DNA from: Anaeramoeba ignava BMAN
Taxonomy: Eukaryota > Protista > Anaeramoebae
Reading direction: 5' to 3'
Length of the DNA: 64,000 nt
Assembly: GCA_028826165.1 (NCBI GenBank)
Contig: JAPDFW010000136.1
Coordinates: 1-64,000 of the forward strand
How positions within the stretch are numbered: position 1 is the stretch's first letter; every line of letters starts with the position of its first letter. The notes under the pieces are model-generated. The model ran no database searches. It was not told where the DNA came from and saw only the letters and a list, made by a program, of their open reading frames with translations. The position numbers and the translations under genes are program-made. Below, in pieces: positions 13,301-24,100 of this stretch.

Positions 13301-16300
13301 AAATTGATATTTAAATTAATATTTTAATTGATATTTTAATTGATATTTAAATTGATATTTTAATTAATATTTAAATTAATATTTAAATTGATATTTAAAT
13401 TAATATTTAAATTAATATTTTAATTAATATTTTTAATTGATATTTAAATTGATATTTAAATTGATATTTAAATTGATATTTTAAATTGATATTTTTAATT
13501 GATATTTAAATTGATATTTAAATTAATATTTAAATTGATATTTTAAAAGCCTAATTGATATTTTAATTGATATTTTAATTGATATTTTAAATTAATATTT
13601 TAAATTGATATTTAAAATTGATATTTTAATTGATATTTTAATTAATATTTAAATTGATATTTTAAATTGATATTTAAATTGATATTTTAATTGATATTTT
13701 TAAATTGATATTTTTAATTAATATTTTAAATTGATATTTAAATTGATATTTTAATTAATATTTTAATTAATATTTTAAATTGATATTTAAAATTGATATT
13801 TTAATTAATATTTAAATTGATATTTAAAATTAATATTTTTAATTTAATATTTTAATTAATATTTTAATTGATATTTAAATTGATATTTAAATTGATATTT
13901 AAAATTGATATTTAAATTAATATTTTAAATTGATATTTTAAATTGATATTTAAATTGATATTTTAATTGATATTTAAATTAATATTTAAATTGATAATTA
14001 AATTGATAATTAAATTGATAATTAAATTGATATTTAAATTGATATTTAAATTAATATTTAAATTGATATTTTAAATTGATAATTAAATTGATATTTAAAT
14101 TAATATTTAAAATTAATATTTAAATTGATATTTAAATTGATATTTAAATTGATATTTTAAATTAATATTTAAATTAATATTTAAATTAATATTTTAATTG
14201 ATATTTTAAATTGATATTTAAATTGATATTTTAAATTGATATTTAAATTGATATTTAAAATTGATATTTTTAATTAATATTTAAAATTGATATTTTAAAT
14301 TGATATTTAAATTAATATTTAAATTAATATTTAAAATTGATAATTAAATTGATAATTAAATTGATATTTAAATTAATAAAATTAATATTTAAAATTGATA
14401 TTTTAATTAAATATTTAAATTGATATTTTAAATTGATATTTAAATTGATATTTAAATTGATATTTAAATTGATATTTTAAATTAATATTTAAATTGATAT
14501 TTTAAATTGATATTTAAATTGATATTTAAATTGATATTTTTAAATTGATATTTTAAATTGATATTTTAAATTGATATTTAAATTGATATTTTTAAATTGA
14601 TATTTTAAATTGATATTTTAAATTGATATTTTTAAAATTGATATTTTAAATTGATATTTTTAAAATTGATATTTTAAATTGATATTTTAAATTGATATTT
14701 TTTAAATTGATATTTTTAAATTGATATTTTAAATTGATATTTTTAAATTGATATTTTAAATTGATATTTTAAATTGATATTTTAAATTGATATTTTAAAA
14801 TTGATATTTTTAAATTGATATTTTTTAAATTGATATTTTTAAATTGATATTTTAAAATTGATATTTTTAAATTGATATTTTTAATTGATATTTTAAATTG
14901 ATATTTTAAATTGATATTTTAAATTGATATTTTTAAATTGATATTTTAAATTGATATTTTTAAATTGATATTTTAAATTGATATTTTAAATTGATATTTA
15001 AATTGATATTTAAAATTGATATTTTAAATTGATATTGAAATTGATATTTAAATTGATATTTGAAATTGATATTTAAATTGATATTTAAATTGATATTTAA
15101 ATTAATATTTTAAATTGATATTTAAATTGATATTTTAATTGATATTTTAAATTAATATTTTAAATTGATATTTTAATTGATATTTTAAATTGATATTTTA
15201 ATTAATATTTTAAAATTGATATTTAAAATTAATATTTAAATTAATATTTTAATTAATATTTTAAATTAATATTTTAAATTGATATTTTAAAATTGATATT
15301 TTAAATTGATATTTTAAATTGATATTTTAAATTGATATTTTTAATTGATATTTAAATTGATATTTTTAATTGATATTTAAAATTAATATTTTAATTGATA
15401 TTTTAAATTGATATTTAAATTGATATTTTTAAATTGATATTGAAATTGATATTTTAAATTGATATTTAAAATTGATATTTAAATTAATATTTTAAATTGA
15501 TATTTAAATTGATATTTTTAATTGATATTTTTAAATTGATATTTTTAAATTGATATTTTTAATTGATATTTTTAATTGATATTTAAATTGATATTTAAAT
15601 TAATATTTTAAATTAATATTTTTAATTGATATTTTTAATTGATATTTTTAATTGATATTAAAATTGATATTTTAATTGATATTTTAAAATTGATATTTAA
15701 ATTGATATTTAAATTAATATTTTTAATTGATATTTAAATTGATATTTTAATTGATATTTAAATTGATATTGAAATTGATATTTAAATTGATATTTTAATT
15801 GATATTTTAAATTGATATTTAAAATTGATATTTAAATTGATATTTTAATTGATATTTAAATTGATATTTAAAATTATATTTAAATTGATATTTAAATTTA
15901 TATTTTAATTAATATTTAAATTGATATTTAAATTGATATTTATTGTTTTGAGAAATTTGAGTTTTTAGGGAGAAAGAAAAGATATTTCAAAATATTTTGA
16001 GAAGGTTTTTGGTAAATAGTTTTGTGAGAAATGGATAAATGAGTCGATATCATTTGGTTTGAATGTTGGTTTGTAATGTTTTTTTTTGTTTTGTTTTTGA
16101 AATAGAAATGAAAAAAATGAAAAAATGAAAATTATTTTGGAAAGAAAAAAAATATTCTTTTAGATTTCCTTTAATAGAAATGAATTGGAAATGGTTCTTT
16201 TCCATTTGGTTTTTATCATTTTTGTTTTGAAAGGAGAAAGGAAATTGAATTGAGAAAAGAGAATTAAGTCTTCCAAAAAGGAAAATTTTTAATTTCTTTT

Positions 16301-16679
16301 CCAAAACAAAATAAGAATAAAATAAGAAATTTACTTAAAATGTTTCTAAAATATTTCAATCCAAAAAGAAAACAAAGGAATCTTATCAAATTCTAATTAA
16401 AGAATAAACCAAAAAAAAACCTCTTTAAATAAAATTTTCTTTTTTTTTATTTTTTTTGTTAATTTTTGTAAAATTTTAGAATCGATGATGTCACCAGATC
16501 TAAATTTTTCAAATCAATAAGATTTTTTTTTACAAAATTTCGATCAAAATTTCGAGTTTATTATATTTTTCTTGTTTATTTTTTTTGCAAAATTTCTATC
16601 AAAAAATTTTCTTATTATATTTTCTTGTTTATTTTTTTGTAAAAATTTTTGGAAGCAAACACTCATCCAAAAATAGTTA
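10361..16679. mobile_element. Putative TA-targeting DNA transposon (6319 bp, non-autonomous or decayed) with 24-bp terminal inverted repeats
   Basis: Left end 10361-10384 TAACTATTTTCGGATGGGTGTTTG; right end 16656-16679 reverse-complements to TAACTATTTTTGGATGAGTGTTTG (22/24). TA at 10359-10360 and 16680-16681. Removing the element plus one TA restores a perfect (AAAATT)n register. No intact transposase ORF seen. Confidence 0.75.
11797..15942. repeat. 4.1-kb satellite, unit about 12-15 bp (AATTRATATTT with variable T/A runs)
   Basis: Hundreds of tandem AATTGATATTT/AATTAATATTT units; one short interruption (aaaagcct near 13546-13552). Confidence 0.97.
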
Positions 16680-16977
16680 TAAAATTAAAATTAAAATTAA
16701 AATTAAAATTAAAATTAAAATTAAAATTAAAATCAAAATTAAAATTAAAATTAAAATTAAAATTAAAATTAAAATTAAAATTAAAATTAAAATCAAAATC
16801 AAAATTAAAATTAAAATCAAAATTAAAATTAAAATCAAAATTAAAATTAAAATTAAATTTAAAATTAAAATCAAAATTAAAATTAAAATCAAAATTAAAA
16901 TTAAAATCAGAAATTAAAATTAAAATTAAAATCAAAATCAAAATTAAAATTTAAATTAAAATTAAAATTAAAATCAG
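16680..16977 (+). repeat. (AAAATY)n hexamer microsatellite, right half of the split array
   Basis: Tandem AAAATT/AAAATC. Confidence 0.95.
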
Positions 16978-17052
16978 AAAAATTTTTTCATTTTTTTCAT
17001 TTCAAGAAAACAAATTTTTTCAGAACTAAAACAATTTGTAAAACAAAAAAAA

Positions 17053-18294
17053 ATGGAAGAAAAAAAAGAAGAATATCATCCTTTCCGCCATTTAATTGCT
17101 GGAGCTATTTCACGTTTTGTAAGTATTGCATGTACTGTTGCACTTGATAGTAAAAAAACAAGAATCCAATTTCATGGTAAAGATCCAAAAGCACAAGGAT
17201 ATTATCGAGGTTTAGTTGCAGGAATCATTTCCACAGTTCCAAGTAGTGCAATTTCATTTTTTATTTATCATCATATCAAAACGAAAAAATCACAAAATTC
17301 ATCCAAAAAAATAACAGAATCAAAATCTCAAGAAAACCGAATTTTTTCGTGGCAAACAAGAGCATTTATCCCAAGATATCGCCCCATCATTGAGGCATCA
17401 CTTCTCCGTGCAGGAGTTCTTGCGATGAGAAATCCTATTGAGATTGCGAGACAAAGAATACAACTTGAACCAACACTTAATACAAAACATATGGGACTTT
17501 TTGAAATCATTTTTCAGCGATACAAAGAAGCTGGATTCAGTGGATTGTTTACGGGATATTCTGCTTATATTCTCAGAGACTCAATTTCTACGCCACTTTA
17601 TTGGATGAGTTATGATTATGCCAAAAACTTGCAATCCAAATTTTCACTTTTTACATTTCCCAAAAAAAATCAATCAGAAAAAATTCCCAAAAAAAATGCC
17701 AAAAAATTGGGTCCAATCAATCATATGATTTCTGCAACTGTTGCTACTCTTGTTTCAACTACTGCCACTATTCCTATTGATGTTATTAAAACAAAACTCC
17801 AAACTCGGCATTTAGTTCAAGATGGAACTCAAAAATATCAAAATATTCTCAAAGCAATTCAATCTATTTACAAAGAAAATGGCATTATAGGATTTGTAAA
17901 GGGACTTGGCTCACGACTTTCTGGATTATTACCATCAACAATACTTTCATTTATTGTATATGAAGCAATTATTGAAAAATGGAATGAATTTGATCTCAAA
18001 AACGCAACTAAGTTTCAAAATGTTAATCAAACCATTTTAAGTTCTCCTTGTTATTCTTTTGAAAATATCCAGAAAAATATTCATAAATATATCATTCCAA
18101 AAAATGATATCCAGAAAAATATTTTCCCTCAAAATAGTATCAAGCAAAATACAATTTTAGGCAAACCTCTCAATCTCTCATTACAAACATTTCGTTTTTT
18201 CATTTATCATCAAACAAATTGTTCAATCCCAAATAATAATCCTTCTCAATTTATTGATTTTTCCAAAAAAAAACAAGAAGAATTAATAAAATAA
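17053..18294 (+). CDS. Mitochondrial carrier family (SLC25-like) protein with a C-terminal extension of about 100 aa
   Basis: Intact 413-aa ORF; three carrier signatures ALDSKKTRIQ (degenerate), PIEIARQRIQ, PIDVIKTKLQ, plus EAGFSGLFTG and ENGIIGFVKG. Substrate not assignable. Confidence 0.9.
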   Translation: MEEKKEEYHPFRHLIAGAISRFVSIACTVALDSKKTRIQFHGKDPKAQGYYRGLVAGIISTVPSSAISFFIYHHIKTKKSQNSSKKITESKSQENRIFSWQTRAFIPRYRPIIEASLLRAGVLAMRNPIEIARQRIQLEPTLNTKHMGLFEIIFQRYKEAGFSGLFTGYSAYILRDSISTPLYWMSYDYAKNLQSKFSLFTFPKKNQSEKIPKKNAKKLGPINHMISATVATLVSTTATIPIDVIKTKLQTRHLVQDGTQKYQNILKAIQSIYKENGIIGFVKGLGSRLSGLLPSTILSFIVYEAIIEKWNEFDLKNATKFQNVNQTILSSPCYSFENIQKNIHKYIIPKNDIQKNIFPQNSIKQNTILGKPLNLSLQTFRFFIYHQTNCSIPNNNPSQFIDFSKKKQEELIK

Positions 18295-18339
18295 AGAAAT
18301 CATTTTGTTCTCAATTTTTTTTTTGAATTGATTTGAAGT

Positions 18340-21130
18340 TTATTTTTGATTTTTTTCTGGATTTGAAATATAAAATTGATAATCAAGCCATCTTAATCCA
18401 CGAATCAAACTTGATCTCAAATAAGCTGAACAAGGGAAAGCAGCCCAACATCTATCGACTTCATCCAATCCAAGCATTTTAACAACCTTCAAAGTATTTT
18501 TTGCATAGGGCAAATCTTGTTTAGAACAAAAAATCAAAAATATGCAATTTTTTGTAACAGGATCATTCATTCTTTCTAGCATTTCTTCTTTTGCTTGTTC
18601 CATTCTATCTTCATCTCCATTCGAATCTATCAATATTATCATTGCAAAAACAGGGATATAATGACGCCAAAGGCGACGTACTCTATCAGCTCCTCCCACA
18701 TCCCAAAGTATAAGTTTATGATAGAAATCTGGTAGTTCAACCACTTCAACATTGAATCCTAACAAAAATCACCAAATAATTCACATTAACAATTTAATCG
18801 TTTGATTTCATTTGTTTTGATTTCATTACCAATTGTTGGTATTGTTGTTACTATTTCCTTCAGTTTTATATTATATAGCATCGTTGTTTTTCCTGATGCA
18901 TCTAATCCTTGCATGAGTATTTTAATTTCTTTCTTCTTCTTCCAAAATGGTTTTTTTGGAATATCCTCTTCTTTTCCTATTGCAATAGCACTTGGATGGA
19001 AAATGGCATCTCCATCAATAACAACTCTTTCCATATATGCTTGTTTGTATTTTGTATTTATTCTTCTTGGGTTATTTAAAATATTTTGTTGTCTTTTGGA
19101 AATTGAACGGCAGTTCCTTTCGAAAATTGATTTCCAAATCCAATCATAAGATGACAAAAAGTTCATTTCTGAAGAAGTGAACGATAATCTTACTAACGAA
19201 TCAATTTCCAAATAGGAAAAGATTTCATAAATGAGTTCTATCGGTAAAACCTCAAAATCACCCAAAGATTCAGAAATTCTTTTTTGTTCTTCTCTAATAA
19301 AATCTTCTTGATTATCTATGTTTTCAATTAAAACTGTTTCATTTTCTTGTGGAATTTGTGAAACAACAAAACAAGAATGAATCCATCCACAAGCACAATC
19401 ATGAATAACAATATTATCATTGAAATCAATTTTTTGTGTGGTTGTTTCAATTTGGTTTGAATTTGAGATTCCAATTCCTAATTGACCAAAACTATTTGAT
19501 CCAACTGAATATCCTCTTCCATTTATATCTACACAAATTATATAACTTCCTCCATATCCTCCACTTGCAAATATTTTTGATATGGCATTTCTTTCTGGAA
19601 TAATAATCCGATTAAATTCCTCTTGATTCTCTCTTTTTTGTGAACCAAGTCTCCCACAAAAATACACTTCTCCTTTTTCATTTAAAATGACTGTTTGTTC
19701 ATCTCCACAAACAATTTGGATTATTAACCCAAATTTTTCTATGAAATTAATTTTTTCAGGAAATTTCCGATCTTCAAAATCTCCTAATCCTAATTGTCCA
19801 TTCTTGTTTTTTCCACATACAAATATTTCGTGATTCTTTGTTAACGCAACAAAATGAAAAGCACCTCCTGAAATTTTCATTACACTTTCTTTCAATTTTT
19901 CAATTAAAGTTGGTTTATCTCTTGGAATATCATCTCCATGACCAAGTTGTCCATTAGAATTTTCTCCCCATGAAAAGAGATTTCCACTTTAAATTAAAAT
20001 CAAATTAAAATTAAAATTAAAATTCAAATTCAAAAATTTAAATTTAAATTTAAAATTAAAATTAAAATCAAAAAAATAAAAAATCAAAATCAAAAAAATT
20101 CAAAATTTTTTAAATTTAAATTTTAAATTTAAATTCAATCAAATTAAAATGAAAATTTAAAATTCAAAAATCAAAATCAAAATCAAATTCAAATTCAAAT
20201 TAAAATTAAAATTCAAATTAAAAAATTCAAATTCAAATTCAAATTAAAAATTAAAATTAAAAAAAAAAATTCAAAATTTAAATTTAAAATAAATTAAATT
20301 CAAATTAAAATTAAAATTGAAAATTAAAAAAAATCAAAAAAATCAAAAAAAATCAAAAATCAAAATCAAAATTTAAATCAAAATCAAAATCAAAATTTAA
20401 ATCAAATTCAAAATCAAAATTAAAATCAAAATTCAAATAAAAATTAAAATCAAAATCAAAATCAAAATCAAAATTAAAATTCAAATTCAAATCAAAATCA
20501 AAATCAAAATTAAAAATCAAAATCAAAATTAAAATTAAAATTAAAATTAAAATTAAATTCAAAATTAAAATCAAAATCAAAATTAAATTCAAAATTAAAA
20601 TTAAATTCATACTCATTATCACAAACATAATAAGAAGAACTTGAACAAGCAATTAAACTAATTTCCTTTTCTAATTTCACTTCTTCAAATTTAGATTTTT
20701 TCTTCGGATTTAAAATGGAAAATTCTCTTAAAAATACTTTTCCATTCACAAGAACTAAAACAGAAAAAGAACCACAACTAATCATTTGAACATCCATTCC
20801 TTCAAAATCACTAATTTTCAAAATTAATTTTGCTCTTTTTTCAACTATTTTTTTTTGAATTGGAAATTTTTCATTCTTTTCTTTTTCTTTTTGAATCAAT
20901 GAAATTTTCGGATTGCTTAAAGGAATTCCCCAAATTAAAATTTTTCCTGAATCAAAAACAAGAGAAGTAATTGAAGATCCACAAGAAATCAATTTAATTT
21001 CTTCTTTTTCTTTTCTATGTTCCCCAATTATTCTTGAAGTATCAACAGGTTTTTTATAAATCATTGATAAATTATCTTCAATAAGAAGAGCATGATTGTG
21101 ATTTGTTCCAGCAATAAATACTTTTTTCAT
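18340..21130 (-). CDS. RCC1-repeat + F-box + Arf-family GTPase fusion, 697 aa. Exons 21130-20613, 19986-18830, 18758-18340
   Basis: GT-AG introns 20612-19987 and 18829-18759 join three ORFs in frame (2094 nt). Junction 1 rebuilds an RCC1 blade ([23 protein letters not shown]); junction 2 rebuilds Arf switch I (TTIPTIGFNVE). F-box [14 protein letters not shown]; P-loop GLDASGKTT; WDVGGAD; SKQD; CSA. Confidence 0.92.
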
Positions 21131-21195
21131 CTTTTTTAAATGTCAAAAAAAAAATGAAAAATTAAATTTCATTTTTTTTCCTTTTTTTTTTTTAA

Positions 21196-24100
21196 ATGAA
21201 TTCAAAAATTATTTTTGAAAAATTCTCACAAAAAAAATCTTTAGAACCAACTGTAAATTTAAAAAGAATTTCTTTTTCTCTCTTCAATTTTAAAACAAAT
21301 TTTTTTGCAAATTTTTAAAAATTTTAAAGGATTTAATTGAAGCAACAAAAACACTTTTTTCTGAAGTTAAAAAGCCATTAGAACAAATTAATATTAAATT
21401 CTTAAAATTTTTAATAAAATCCGAAGCAAATGATCCAAATCAAAATGTTTTATTGTTTTTATTTTTCTCCTTTTTTCCAAATTCAAATTTTCTTAAATTT
21501 TCCCAAATAAATAGAAAGAAGAAATTCCATTTATTCATTATTTATGTCGAGAAAATGTTTCAAAAGATTTTTTCCAAAAAATTCTTAAATTAAAACTTAA
21601 TATCAATGATATTGATGTATTTTCCAATTTTATTTTATTTTTTTTAGCAATATTAAATAAATTCAATTTAAAATTTAGAAAGTAAACATTTAAAGAAGAA
21701 ATTTTTTTCATTTTCTCATTTCCAAAAAAATTTAAAATTAATTCTCAAAATTTTAGCAAGTAAAATTAACAGAAAAAAAAGCATTTTCTTCATTTTTTTT
21801 TTCAGAATAAATTGTCTTATTGATTTTTTTTCTAAATAATTTAGAAGAATTCAACTTTACATACAGCTTTAAAAAATCATGTTTCACTTGATATTATTAA
21901 ACTTTTGGTTGAATCAGGAGCAGAAATTAATCACCCTAATGTTTGAAATTTAATCTTTTTTTTTCTCATTTTAGAATTAATTTTGCTTTTTTTTTTCTTT
22001 TTTAGATTGTAATTCCAACAAAAAAAAAGCAATAATAATAATAATCAAATAATATTCATTTTATTTTTAAATTAGATTGTAAATATTTTTTTTTCTTTTC
22101 AAATTCCAAAACAAATTGGAAAAAATTGGAATTATTTTTTTTTTCTTAATTCACAAATTAGGGAAGAACACCCATTTTTTATTCTTGTTTATGTTCTGAA
22201 GAATATTTAAAATATTTTCTTGATTTAAAAACTGATATTTTTATTGTTGATGTAATTTAATTTTTTTTTAGAATTTTATTCCAAAGTTTTCAATTTATTT
22301 TTCAACACATTTTATTTGGGATTTTTTTTTTTAAATAGAAAGTATATTTAAATCAATTCAATTTCTTCTTAAAAAAAGAATAAATTTTTCCTCATTTCAA
22401 AATTTAAATTTCAATTTAAATTTCAAAGAATGTTTGTTTTTATAGGTTTTGTTTTCCTTGATTAGATAAATTTTTTTAATAATTTCAATCTAATATTTAT
22501 TTATAAAGTCTATGTCTATTTTACATTTTGCTTGTGCTCATAATGCTTCTTTCAAAATTATTCAACTTTTACTCGAATCAGGATTAGATAAATTTATTCA
22601 AGAAAAAAATGTGAAAAATTCCATTTGGTTTTTTTCAAGAAATCATTTTCTAAACAAATTTAAAATAGAAAGTAAATTGTTTTCTCATTTAATATTTAAT
22701 ATTTTTCTAATTTTTCTTTTGATAAGTTTGTAAAATATAAAAAAAATAAGGAAAAAAAAAATGGAAATTATTGATTTTGGATATTAGGGACAAACACCAT
22801 TACATTTAGCTTGTTCAAATTGTGTTTCTTTAGAGATAATTGATATTTTATTAAAATCAGGAGCAAATTCTGTTATTAATTTCCATGATGTAAAAAAAAA
22901 AAACAAATTCATTTCAAAAATCCAAAATCCAAAAAAAAATGAGATGATTTAATCAAAGAAAATTGTAATGGAATAATTTTTCAGAATGTAAAATTCAAAA
23001 ATCAATCACAAAATCTTTTTTCAATTTGATTAATTTTACAAAACAAAAAGAATGTAAAAAAATTAACATCTATCCAAAAAGAAAATAGTTATTTTTCTCA
23101 ATTTTGTTAAATGTTTATTTATAAAATTATTCTAATATTAGTTTATAACTCCATTAATTTATTCAATAGAAGCTAATCAATCTATTGAAATTTTAAGAAT
23201 TTTATTGGAATCAGGAGCAAATCCATTATTAGCAGATGTAATTCAATAACAAAAAAAAAATAAAGAAGAAAATTTTCTAAATTTTCTTTTAAAATAGGGA
23301 GTAAATTTATTCTTCTTTTTTTAAATCTTTCTTTCATATTCATTTTGATTTATTTTTTGAAATTATTTTTAGCTTGTAATTATGATCATTTCCAATTTTT
23401 TCTTCATTTATTTTATCTGAACTAAAAAAATAAATGAAAAATAAATAGGAAAAAACTCCATTACATTATTTAATATCAGTGAATGAAGATCTAAAACAAA
23501 AATTAGTTTTGTTTTTAAATTATGGTGTTGATTTAAATCAAAAAGATGTATTTTTTAAATTTTCATTTTTAAATTTTCATTTTTAAATTTTCATTTTTAA
23601 TTTAGATTGTAAATTTTATTTTTTGATTTAATTTAATTTGATTAAATTTCTTTCAATTTGAAAAAGTTTGTAAAAAAAATTCTTTTCTTCTTCTTTTTCT
23701 CTTGTTTTATTTGATTTATTTTTTAGATGGAATAAAAATTATTTTAGGATGTAAATTTTTGTTTAATCTTTTTGAATCAATAAAAATTCAAAAAAGAATT
23801 AATTAAATTTTAAAAAGGAAGTAAAATTTTGACAAAAAACAAATTCAAACAAATCAATAAATAAATCAATAAATAAATTAATAAATAGAAACCAGAATTA
23901 AATGATCAAAGCAAAGAATTTTTAACTTCATATTTCAGTTATATTCAAGATTTAGAAATAATTTCGAAAATTCCAGAAACTTGGGATTTAGAAGTCCAAA
24001 CATTAACTGGAAAAGTTGGATTTCATAAAGTTTGGTTGATGAAAAGAGTTGGAGGAAAAACAAATTTTGAAAAAGCCATTAATTATTTCCAAAACAAAGA

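Noticed and set aside
11797-15942. Telomeric repeat
   Set aside because: Internal position, variable unit length and no G-rich strand.
23727-23750. 24-nt exon from the upstream TAG acceptor
   Set aside because: Contains an in-frame TAA; the 3-nt GAT exon fits ankyrin spacing.
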